Source of the DNA: an uncultured Methanobacteriaceae archaeon
GTDB lineage: Archaea; Methanobacteriota; Methanobacteria; Methanobacteriales; Methanobacteriaceae
DNA: 37,393 bases
Direction: 5' to 3'
NCBI GenBank assembly: GCA_964620575.1
Contig: CAZUHM010000003.1
Span: 1-37,393, forward strand
Shown: positions 19,838-28,074 of the stretch, in pieces
Layout of the letters: each line of letters opens with the position of its first letter
Numbering within the stretch: the first letter of the stretch is position 1
Notes under the pieces: generated by a model
Databases searched by the model: none
Told to the model about the DNA's origin: nothing
Seen by the model: the letters and a program-made list of their open reading frames with translations, nothing else
Made by a program: the position numbers and the translations under genes

Positions 19838-20941
19838 ATGAAGATACTATTTACTCATAACACTGCTATGTGGTATAGGTTGCCTTTTTTTAAGCAACTA
19901 TCCACAATTTATGATTTGGATCTTGTTTTCACGCATATTAATGTGATGCAGGACATTTATGACAAGAATGTGGAAAATGAGATTGAAGGACTTGAAGGAG
20001 TCAGCTACACTTCACTACATAACAGTCACGGTTTTGCCCGAGGACTCTTTTCAAAGGCAACTAAAAATTACGATCTGACCATCGGTGGAAGCTGGGATAC
20101 TTTCCAGGAACTGATTGAAAGTATAGGCCTCTACGTTATTACGAAAATCAAGAGAGAACCCTTTGTTATCTGGCGTGAAGACTGGGATTGGGAAAAGGAA
20201 AACACAATTAAGGAGAAGGTATTACACCGGATTGTCAAATACTTATGTAACCATTGCGATGCAATACTTGTTCCAGGCAGTCTCCATAAAGAATACTTCC
20301 AGAACAGATTGAAAGTTCCCCCAGAAAATATTTTTATAATGCCTAATGTCAGCAATATTGATGGAAACGCTGATATTTCCATGAAGGAACATTCGACCAA
20401 GAAGATATTATATGTTGGCCGTCTGATTGAACGTAAAGGAATAAATTATCTTCTTGAAGCATACAAAAACTTGGAAGTGGACGACTGTGAACTCATAATT
20501 GTTGGCTCAGGTGCTGAAGAGGATAATCTGAAATGCTTTGTACGGGAAAATGCTGTTGAAAACGTTCATTTTACGGGTAAAATAGATAATGAAGAGCTGG
20601 AAAGATATTATAATGAGAGCAATCTTGTTGTTGTTCCCTCAATTAATAAGGGTATGGGTGATCCATGGGTTTTTGTTTTGAATGAAGCAATGTATTATTA
20701 TAACCCCATTATTGCAACCACTGCCGTTGGTGCTGCTCCCGACATGGTTAAGGACAATGGCTTTATCGTACCTGAAAAAGATAGTGAATCATTGAAGGTT
20801 GCTATGGAAAAAATCCTGAACAATGATGAATTGGAAAAAAAGATGTGTTATAAATCCAAAGAAATTATAAATAACGAATACCAGTATTCTAATATGATAA
20901 ACGCATTTAATAACTGTGTAAAAAAAATAAGTGAAAAATGA
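19838..20941 (+). CDS. GT4 glycosyltransferase
   Basis: YRLPFF, YVGRLIERKG and DPWVFVLNEAM; start at ATG after GGTGA (ORF track starts at 19826). Confidence 0.88.
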   Translation: MKILFTHNTAMWYRLPFFKQLSTIYDLDLVFTHINVMQDIYDKNVENEIEGLEGVSYTSLHNSHGFARGLFSKATKNYDLTIGGSWDTFQELIESIGLYVITKIKREPFVIWREDWDWEKENTIKEKVLHRIVKYLCNHCDAILVPGSLHKEYFQNRLKVPPENIFIMPNVSNIDGNADISMKEHSTKKILYVGRLIERKGINYLLEAYKNLEVDDCELIIVGSGAEEDNLKCFVRENAVENVHFTGKIDNEELERYYNESNLVVVPSINKGMGDPWVFVLNEAMYYYNPIIATTAVGAAPDMVKDNGFIVPEKDSESLKVAMEKILNNDELEKKMCYKSKEIINNEYQYSNMINAFNNCVKKISEK

Positions 20942-20948
20942 AGTATGA

Positions 20949-22967
20949 TTAACTCATATATTCGATAAGAGCATTAACAATGGTATTTACATTGCTTGAA
21001 TAGACAAAATCATATCCATGTTGATATAAATAAATATCCGGGTAATATAAACCTATGAAAGAGGAAACACTGTAATTATCATCATGTGCTCTTTCCAAGA
21101 ATGATAAGCCAGTGATATCCCTACTGGTTTCTGTATAAACCAAGAAGAGTAATCTGTTCTCTTTTAATCTCATATAGCTTCTAGTAGATATATCATATAT
21201 TACTCCAGCATCTGCTCCACCAAATATTGACAGCTGAACTGCGTTTGCAGGTAATGTCTGAGCACGCATTGCAGTATTATGTGAGTTTGGTCCATAACCG
21301 TTCACTACTGCTGTGTAACCTTTTTCCTCAAGAGCTTTTTTTATGCTGTTCATAAATGCATAATCCTTACTTGTGCTGTGTATTACATCACTTGTAATGT
21401 ATATTGTTCTTGATTTTGGATTACTTGGATGTATATAAGCCCAGTTATACACCTTACATGTTGTAGGAATGTATGTTGGCGTTGTTATCTCCAGCACTCT
21501 CGTATAAGTATAAACTATGTTATAATACCCCATAGTACCAAATACTGTTGATATACTTTTTGGAGGTATATTATAAGTGTTCATATAGTTAAGCGTTCTG
21601 GCTCCAATATCCAAGACCTGACTTATGTTCAGTACACCTGTTTTTAAGGAATCTGTCTGTGTAGTTAATGTTTTGTACTGTACAAATGGAACTACAGAAT
21701 ATCCTTTGTTATTTTTAGTATTATTCACTGCTCTTATCATTAAAGCCAAGAAGTCGGATAGTCCTATTCTGGATTTTCCTATGGACACTGTTGAAACGTT
21801 TTGGTTTACTTCATAGAGTGTTCTTACTACTATGGCCGCTTCCTTAATCTGAGCAAGTGTGAAATTTTTCTCTGCCAATATAGTTAAAGTTCCGTTTGCA
21901 CTAGCTGATGCATAGTATGATGATGGTTTGAGTATGGCTGTAACAGTATAGTTTCCCCTGGCCAATACTGAGGTATCATATATTAAATTGGCTTTTCCAT
22001 TTTTGATGGTTGAGGATCCCACAGTTATACCGTTTATCTTAAACACTACTGTTCCTGATGTAAGGTATTGGTGTGCTGCCTTATCAATTGCAGTAGCTTT
22101 AAGCTGAACTGTTGTGGAATAACCTGATACTTTGGTTACGGCTATTTTCGTTGTTCTTGCCTTTACTCTGAAAGAACTGTTTGTTGAACGGGATCCGTCA
22201 TAGAATTTGTTTCCACCATATACTGCTGATATCTTATATCTTTTTGCCGAAAGGTTTAATGCTCTGTAAGTAAGTATTGCTTTACCTTCTTTTACATTTG
22301 CATAACCTATGGTTTTTCCATTTAGTTTAAATGCTACTTTCCCATTAGTTACTGCTACACCTTTTGAATTGGTGACTACTGCGGTTACTTTAACTGTTTC
22401 GTTACACGTTACTGTAGTATCTTTTACTACAATTTTACTAGTGTCTTTAACTATTTTTAGGGTTGATTTTGCAGAACTACCAAGCATTGTAGATGTTTCA
22501 CCATATTTTGCTGTGATATTGTATGTTTTTGGTGATAGAACAGAAGCATTATATACGAATGATGCTATTCCTTTATTTACTGTAGCATATCCTACTGTTT
22601 TATCATTTATTTTAAATACTACTTTACCACTGGTGATTTTTGCACCTGTTTTTGCGTTGGTAACTTTTGCTGTTAAGTTCACTGTCGTATTGTATTTTAA
22701 TGTCCGTGAACTTAATGATACTTTAGAAGCTGTTTTATTATTATTTGTACTTGTTTTTGTAACATCATTTGATGTCTTTTTAGTGATTAATTCTGTTGTC
22801 TGTGCCTGTGTAGTGTTTTGAGCACTTGATACAGATGTTGTTGCATCTGATACGTGTGTAGATTCGATTGTATCTACATCAGCTGCGTCTGTGTTGTTTG
22901 CTGCTGACACTACAGAAACACTTAAAAATATGACAGTAATTAACACTAATAAATATCGTTTCTTAAT
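20949..22967 (-). CDS. Secreted adhesin-like protein: signal peptide, Thr/Ser linker, 3 Ig-like repeats, 2 pseudomurein-binding repeats, uncharacterised C-terminal domain
   Basis: Three GxVxFK(I/L)NxxTxG repeats; PMBR-like segments TLAQIKEAA..SLDFLAL-type and SQVLDIGARTLNYM..PP. The start is extended to ATT 22967, which restores a KKRY n-region and follows AGGAG; the ORF track starts at GTG 22946. Confidence 0.8.
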   Translation of the reverse strand: MKKRYLLVLITVIFLSVSVVSAANNTDAADVDTIESTHVSDATTSVSSAQNTTQAQTTELITKKTSNDVTKTSTNNNKTASKVSLSSRTLKYNTTVNLTAKVTNAKTGAKITSGKVVFKINDKTVGYATVNKGIASFVYNASVLSPKTYNITAKYGETSTMLGSSAKSTLKIVKDTSKIVVKDTTVTCNETVKVTAVVTNSKGVAVTNGKVAFKLNGKTIGYANVKEGKAILTYRALNLSAKRYKISAVYGGNKFYDGSRSTNSSFRVKARTTKIAVTKVSGYSTTVQLKATAIDKAAHQYLTSGTVVFKINGITVGSSTIKNGKANLIYDTSVLARGNYTVTAILKPSSYYASASANGTLTILAEKNFTLAQIKEAAIVVRTLYEVNQNVSTVSIGKSRIGLSDFLALMIRAVNNTKNNKGYSVVPFVQYKTLTTQTDSLKTGVLNISQVLDIGARTLNYMNTYNIPPKSISTVFGTMGYYNIVYTYTRVLEITTPTYIPTTCKVYNWAYIHPSNPKSRTIYITSDVIHSTSKDYAFMNSIKKALEEKGYTAVVNGYGPNSHNTAMRAQTLPANAVQLSIFGGADAGVIYDISTRSYMRLKENRLLFLVYTETSRDITGLSFLERAHDDNYSVSSFIGLYYPDIYLYQHGYDFVYSSNVNTIVNALIEYMS
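21880..22720 (-). repeat. Three degenerate ~90-aa Ig-like protein repeats
   Basis: KVVFKINDKTVGYATV, KVAFKLNGKTIGYANV and TVVFKINGITVGSSTI, each followed by G.A...Y and Y.(I/V).A; boundaries approximate. Confidence 0.75.
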
Positions 22968-23051
22968 GTTAACAACTCCTTATAAAACATTGATATTTTT
23001 CATCAATGAATTATTACTAACTTATGATATTGATATTATTTAAACGTTGCT

Positions 23052-23085
23052 AAAAAAAAGTTTAGTAAAAAAGGAAGGAGATGGG
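23052..23085 (-). terminator. Pyrimidine/U-tract terminator after the GT2 gene
   Basis: Minus strand reads CCCATCTCCTTCCTTTTTTACTAAACTTTTTTTT immediately after the stop codon. Confidence 0.45.
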
Positions 23086-24045
23086 TTAGAACTTGTTAAT
23101 TATTGCTTTAGCATACAGTTTTGATATTTGATAGAAATATTTTGGCAGATGAAGATAATAGTTTGTCTTGTGTTTTTTAATAAATTGAAGGTTTGTTTTA
23201 ATATGATTGTATTCTGTTTTGAATGTGGAATTTTTATGTCTTGACATTCCAACCTTGTGCCATATGATTGAATCAGTTACTGTTACTACCTTATATCCTT
23301 TCTTTTTTATTTCTATTGCCAAGTCAACATCTTCACATCCGAAGAAGAATTCTGTTGACAGGTAAGTTTCGGGCATTGCTTCGGTTTTAATCAGTGCTCC
23401 TGCACCTGATACCCAGTCACAATCTATTATTTTCTGTGTCAAATCATAGTCTGGTTCTTCCATTATACTGTGATGTCCTGGGAAATGGTCAAGGTCTACC
23501 ACACTGCCTATACACCATATTGTTTCATGACTTCCTTCATAGTCATAGTAGTAGAATTTTGGACCTATTAATCCTATTTTATCATCTGTCTGTGCTACAT
23601 CTATCATCTTTGTCAGGAAGTCTTTCTGTACTATTGTATCGTTGTTTAAAAGCAGTACATAGTCGGGTTTGTCATATTTTATTGTGTAGTCTATTGCTAT
23701 GTTGTTTCCCTTTGCAAATCCATAGTTTTCCCTGTTTTTGATGAGCAATAATTTCTTTTCATCATCTGTTGTTGTGTTGTCAATGTTTTCCGTGTATTTT
23801 CCCTCTTCCAATATGTTCAGTTTTATTGGTTTGTTGTCCCTGTATTTGGTGTATTGTGTTTCGACTTTTATCTTTCCTTCTGTATAGTCTCTTATTTTTT
23901 CCACTGAATCGTTTGTGGAGTTATTGTCTGCCACTATTACGTTGTAGTTCGGGTAGTCTATGTCGTATAATGACTCCAGTGCTTCCAGTGTGTCTTCATA
24001 ACCGTTCCAGTTTAGTAGGATAATTGATACTAATGGTTTTGTCAT
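23086..24045 (-). CDS. GT2 glycosyltransferase (WbbL/GT2_like_c type)
   Basis: VSIILLNWNG, NYGFAKGNN, LLLNNDT, VSGAGAL, EDVD and IWHKVG; ATG 24045 after GAGTGA (ORF track starts at 24057). Confidence 0.9.
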   Translation of the reverse strand: MTKPLVSIILLNWNGYEDTLEALESLYDIDYPNYNVIVADNNSTNDSVEKIRDYTEGKIKVETQYTKYRDNKPIKLNILEEGKYTENIDNTTTDDEKKLLLIKNRENYGFAKGNNIAIDYTIKYDKPDYVLLLNNDTIVQKDFLTKMIDVAQTDDKIGLIGPKFYYYDYEGSHETIWCIGSVVDLDHFPGHHSIMEEPDYDLTQKIIDCDWVSGAGALIKTEAMPETYLSTEFFFGCEDVDLAIEIKKKGYKVVTVTDSIIWHKVGMSRHKNSTFKTEYNHIKTNLQFIKKHKTNYYLHLPKYFYQISKLYAKAIINKF

Positions 24046-24049
24046 ATTA

Positions 24050-25291
24050 TCACTCACTGTCTTCCAATATTTTGTACATGTGTTCTAGCAGACGTTCTCC
24101 TGCCTTTTCAAGTGTCCATACTGAATCGATGTATCTTATTCCTGTCTGTGAGAATCTGTTCCATAATTGTTTGTCCTGCATGAGTTTTATCACTGCCTTT
24201 GCAAAGTCTTTTTCATCCCTTTGTGTGAGAAGTCCTGTCTTGTTGTGAAGTATTGATTCTCTTAGTCCTCCTTCTTTGACTCCTACTACTGGTGTTCCAC
24301 ATGCCATTGCTTCAAGTGGTACGTATCCGAAGGGTTCCAGGTATGGTGCGTACACTACCAGTTTTGCCCTGTTGTAGAGTTTTATCAGTTCTTCATCCGA
24401 TATTTGTGTCAGTATGTCCAGGTCCACTTCTTTTTCTTCTGCGAATGTTCTGAGATATTCTACCCATAGCTCGTCACTGCTGTTTCCCACTATTACCAGT
24501 TCCGGTCTTATGTCCTTTGGTATTTCCGAGATGGATCTTATCAGGAAGTCGTATCCTTTTGGTGGGATGCATGTTCCCACGGATAGAACGTAGTTTTCCC
24601 GTTCGAGGTGTAATGGTTTGAACATTTTGTTGTCGACGCCTATGTATGATACCAGTGAGTTTTTACCGTATTGTCTTAGTATGTTTTCGTGTGTGAAGTA
24701 GGAGTTTGTCAGTATGTTTGTTGAGTATTCTGCAAATTCAAGGTCTCTTTCGTATGCCTTTGTTTCCACGTGGTTTACGAATATGTTTGCAAATGGTCTT
24801 ACCAGTGGGTGGTTGAATATTCCTGCCTTGGTTTTCTGGTCGTTTACTTTTTTAAGTATCTGTTCTTTTCTTACCGGCTGTGCACAGTAGTATATTGTTG
24901 GTTTGGTCAGGTATTTGAATATTACTGGTGTCATTGTGTACTGGTCCTGTTCACAGTATACTATGTCGTATCCTGAATCGTTGAGGTCTTCTGCTATCTT
25001 TTTTTCTGCTTTCATTACGTTTTCTACTGATACTCTTTTAATTATTGCCGGAACATAACTGAATATGGAGTATATTTTTTCTCTGAAGAAGCTTGGTTTT
25101 ACTTCATATTTTACTACGCTTGATGCTACTGCTTCTAGCGGCAGGTAATCTTCGTTTGCAGTTTCAGGTATGAAAACGTCCACTATATGTCCTTTTTGTG
25201 TCAGATATTGTATGTATGTGTAGAGTGAACGTTTTGCTCCACCTGACGGTAAATTGTGGAATACTGCTATTTTTAATTGTTTTTCATTCAA
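24050..25291 (-). CDS. GT4 glycosyltransferase
   Basis: HNLPSGGAKR, KGYDFL and EPFGYVPLEAMACGTPVV; TTG start after GAGGT. Confidence 0.9.
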   Translation of the reverse strand: MNEKQLKIAVFHNLPSGGAKRSLYTYIQYLTQKGHIVDVFIPETANEDYLPLEAVASSVVKYEVKPSFFREKIYSIFSYVPAIIKRVSVENVMKAEKKIAEDLNDSGYDIVYCEQDQYTMTPVIFKYLTKPTIYYCAQPVRKEQILKKVNDQKTKAGIFNHPLVRPFANIFVNHVETKAYERDLEFAEYSTNILTNSYFTHENILRQYGKNSLVSYIGVDNKMFKPLHLERENYVLSVGTCIPPKGYDFLIRSISEIPKDIRPELVIVGNSSDELWVEYLRTFAEEKEVDLDILTQISDEELIKLYNRAKLVVYAPYLEPFGYVPLEAMACGTPVVGVKEGGLRESILHNKTGLLTQRDEKDFAKAVIKLMQDKQLWNRFSQTGIRYIDSVWTLEKAGERLLEHMYKILEDSE

Positions 25292-25335
25292 TTTCCTTAC
25301 CTCTTAATTGTTTTTATAGTGTTTTCTTTTTTTGT

Positions 25336-26256
25336 TTATTTGTTTTTCAGCAATGCATCCTTGTATCCTCTCAGAAGGGTTTGTGAATATTCCCTGTTTT
25401 TATGAATATTTGTTACGGATTCCTTGAGCACGTACAAGACTATGTAAATCATGAATTTATAGTACATTAAACCAGTAGTGTTTCTTTTCATGTACCATAT
25501 TCTGTTACGTGTATGATAATATATTCTATGTAATGATTTTATTGATGCTCCTTCTTTATGATATATACATCCAATGTCTGAAATTTTTAATTTGTAACCA
25601 TGATTGCGCACCTGAGTAGACCAGTCAACATCCTCCCAGTACATGAAATAGCCCTCATACATCACTCCGACTTCACGTAAAATACTGCAGGAAGTTAAAA
25701 TACATGAACCCGTAAGAAAATCAAATTCATCCTGACTACCAGGAACTGTAACTGCCATACACTCCCCATGGACCAAATCAATGTTACCTCCACCGACAGT
25801 CTGTATCTTATCCCTTTCATGATAATAGTAATGGGAAGCACCTACAAAGCCAATGCCCTCCGATTCGTTAAACTTATCAACCAAACCCCCTACCAAATCA
25901 GGAGTAATGACCGTGTCATTATTCAACAGCATAACATAAGCTGTTGAAATATTATCCCTGATATAGTTTAACGCAACATTATTTCCTCCGGCAAATCCTG
26001 CATTACTATCATTTAATATAAAAACAAGGTTAGAATCATCTTCTTTGACAAAATTAGTTAAATCATCCTTTTCAACCAGATTATGAGAATAAAAGGAATC
26101 GTTTTCCAAATAGTTCAGGATAGAATTTATAGACTTATTATCTGAATGGTTGTCAACAAGATAAATATCATAGTCAGGATAATCCACTGATTTCAGGGAT
26201 TCCAAACATTCAACAGTATCCTCTTCACCGTTCCAGTTTAATAAGACTATATTCAC
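25336..26256 (-). CDS. GT2 glycosyltransferase (WbbL/GT2_like_c type), paralogue of 23086-24045
   Basis: NIVLLNWNG, NAGFAGGNN, MLLNNDT, LTGSCIL and YFMYWEDVDWS; the true start may be ATT 26268 or 26271. Confidence 0.9.
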   Translation of the reverse strand: MNIVLLNWNGEEDTVECLESLKSVDYPDYDIYLVDNHSDNKSINSILNYLENDSFYSHNLVEKDDLTNFVKEDDSNLVFILNDSNAGFAGGNNVALNYIRDNISTAYVMLLNNDTVITPDLVGGLVDKFNESEGIGFVGASHYYYHERDKIQTVGGGNIDLVHGECMAVTVPGSQDEFDFLTGSCILTSCSILREVGVMYEGYFMYWEDVDWSTQVRNHGYKLKISDIGCIYHKEGASIKSLHRIYYHTRNRIWYMKRNTTGLMYYKFMIYIVLYVLKESVTNIHKNREYSQTLLRGYKDALLKNK

Positions 26257-26280
26257 TTTATTTTGAATAATAAAACCCCT

Positions 26281-26526
26281 TCATTCAATTTCAATATCCA
26301 CTACTTCTTCCTCTTCTTCTTCATCCAAGTTTTCGCCCTGTAACTCCAAATCCTCAATTATACTGCTTGCATCATCCTTGATTCTCTGAACATTTTCAGG
26401 ATTTAAAGCCTTTGTCAACAGAAAACCCACTGCTACACCACCAGCAAATGCAAGACCGTATTTAACTATTCCTTTTTTCTGATCATCACTTAATACATAC
26501 AATAAATTTTCCATCATTATCATCAT
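26281..26526 (-). CDS. Small single-TM protein with acidic tail (loosely YtxH-like)
   Basis: Gly/Ala-rich TM YGLAFAGGVAVGFLL followed by an E/D-rich C-terminus; fills the gap between a promoter and the GT2 gene. Confidence 0.65.
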   Translation of the reverse strand: MMIMMENLLYVLSDDQKKGIVKYGLAFAGGVAVGFLLTKALNPENVQRIKDDASSIIEDLELQGENLDEEEEEEVVDIEIE

Positions 26527-26540
26527 CTCTTAAATATTTC

Positions 26541-26560
26541 TATTTATATAATTATAAATA
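26541..26560. promoter_or_regulatory. Back-to-back TATA boxes of a divergent promoter
   Basis: Inverted repeat TATTTATA-TAAT-TATAAATA in the 66-bp gap between divergent genes; TTTATATA on plus and TTTATAAT on minus. Confidence 0.55.
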
Positions 26561-26592
26561 ATTATTATTAACTATGTATAGATGGGATAAGC

Positions 26593-26922
26593 ATGACAAC
26601 ATATGATAAATTTCATTACAGATTTGAAGACCTGAAAGAAAACCATGGAATAAATAAGGCAGAAATAATACTTCATAACGATGACGAAATGACCATAGAA
26701 TATAGTGGAAAGAATGGTTTTAACACTGAAGGCTTTGACTACCCCCTATTTAATAAGAAAGCAAAGGATGAAACCACCAGCTGGTTTTTATACAGAGTAG
26801 AGGAAATAATCGACACCGAATACGATTTACTCGAAGATCTTAAAACACCAATACAATTGGATGAAAAACAGTTAACACACAAAATTAAAAACCAGGTAGA
26901 AATATACTGCTATAAAGAATAA
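26593..26922 (+). CDS. Hypothetical protein (109 aa, acidic, soluble)
   Basis: Host-like codon usage, GGGA RBS-like site, 15 bp upstream of a GT4 gene; no family recognised. Confidence 0.65.
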   Translation: MTTYDKFHYRFEDLKENHGINKAEIILHNDDEMTIEYSGKNGFNTEGFDYPLFNKKAKDETTSWFLYRVEEIIDTEYDLLEDLKTPIQLDEKQLTHKIKNQVEIYCYKE

Positions 26923-26937
26923 GGAGTTATAGTCAAA

Positions 26938-28038
26938 TTGAAGAAATTTTGCTGCATATTTCCGGGACTGTACAATTACATTCTCACAAAGGATGTTGGA
27001 ATGATACCCTACATCCTCTCATGCCATTATAACACGAAAATCTGCACATATGCAAATGATGATTTCACTTATATGGACGAACTGCTGAAGAGTGAGAACT
27101 TTTCACTAGAGTTTCTAGAAGATACCGGAAATGAAAAGAATGATGTCAGAAGATACATTAAAGAAAACGCTCAGGACATTGACATCCTACAGTTATACCA
27201 TCTAAGATATAATCTTTTACCATACTACATCTTCACTTACCGATTATATAACAGAAAAGGTAAAATCTTTCTTAAACTGGATTCCAACAATGAATACATT
27301 GACTTTCTCCTGAAAAGAAAGGGACTTCTTCCAGCTCTTAGAAGATACTATGTCAAGTTCCTCTTCAGATTCATAGACTTGGTGAGCATTGAAACAAAAA
27401 GAAACTATGATACCCTGCTTGAAGGAAAAATCATTAATGAGGATAAATTATTGTATCTTCCAAATGGTGTTCTGGATACCAAAACAGACCTGAACCATAA
27501 GGAGCATAGCATATTATATGTGGGCTATGTTGAAAAAAAGAATAAATCCACAGACCTACTGATAGAAGCATTTAACAGCATTGATTATAAAGACTGGAAA
27601 CTGGTTCTTGTTGGCAGCATACAGGATGACATGAAGGATTTTCTGGATGAATTCTTTGATGAAAACCCCCACATGACTGATAAGATAATCCTGAAAGGTT
27701 ATGTCAGTGACAAAAAGGTCTTATCCGAGGAATATGCAAAGTCAAGCATTTACTGCTGCACATCACTCAAGGAAAGTTTTGGTATTTCCACACTGGAAGC
27801 CGCCTATCATGGAAACTACATCATATCCACCGATGTTGGAGGATCAAATGACATAATTAAACAGAGCAATTATGGTCAGATAATCAGCCATGACAAAAGC
27901 AAACTGGAAATTACCCTGCAGCATTGCATCAATAACTGGGATGATATCAGGGAAAACCCCGAAAATATCCGGGAAAAGGTTAATGCCGAGTTTAACTGGA
28001 AAGGTCTTTGTGAAAAAATAGTAGAAAAAATAGGGTGA
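26938..28038 (+). CDS. GT4 glycosyltransferase
   Basis: KDVGMIPY, YLPNG and ESFGISTLEAAYHG..ISTDVGG; TTG start after AGGAG. Confidence 0.88.
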   Translation: MKKFCCIFPGLYNYILTKDVGMIPYILSCHYNTKICTYANDDFTYMDELLKSENFSLEFLEDTGNEKNDVRRYIKENAQDIDILQLYHLRYNLLPYYIFTYRLYNRKGKIFLKLDSNNEYIDFLLKRKGLLPALRRYYVKFLFRFIDLVSIETKRNYDTLLEGKIINEDKLLYLPNGVLDTKTDLNHKEHSILYVGYVEKKNKSTDLLIEAFNSIDYKDWKLVLVGSIQDDMKDFLDEFFDENPHMTDKIILKGYVSDKKVLSEEYAKSSIYCCTSLKESFGISTLEAAYHGNYIISTDVGGSNDIIKQSNYGQIISHDKSKLEITLQHCINNWDDIRENPENIREKVNAEFNWKGLCEKIVEKIG

Positions 28039-28043
28039 TAAGG

Positions 28044-28074
28044 ATAAGTTTTCATGTTATGAAACTTATTTTTT
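28044..28074. terminator. Hairpin between convergent GT4 and cbiL genes (possible bidirectional terminator)
   Basis: ATAAGTTTTCAT-GTT-ATGAAACTTAT forms an 11-bp stem with one bulge, followed by a T-run on the plus strand. Confidence 0.45.

Noticed and set aside
22309-22821. 170-aa plus-strand ORF
   Set aside because: Antisense shadow of the Thr/Lys/Val-rich adhesin repeats; no RBS or recognisable motif.
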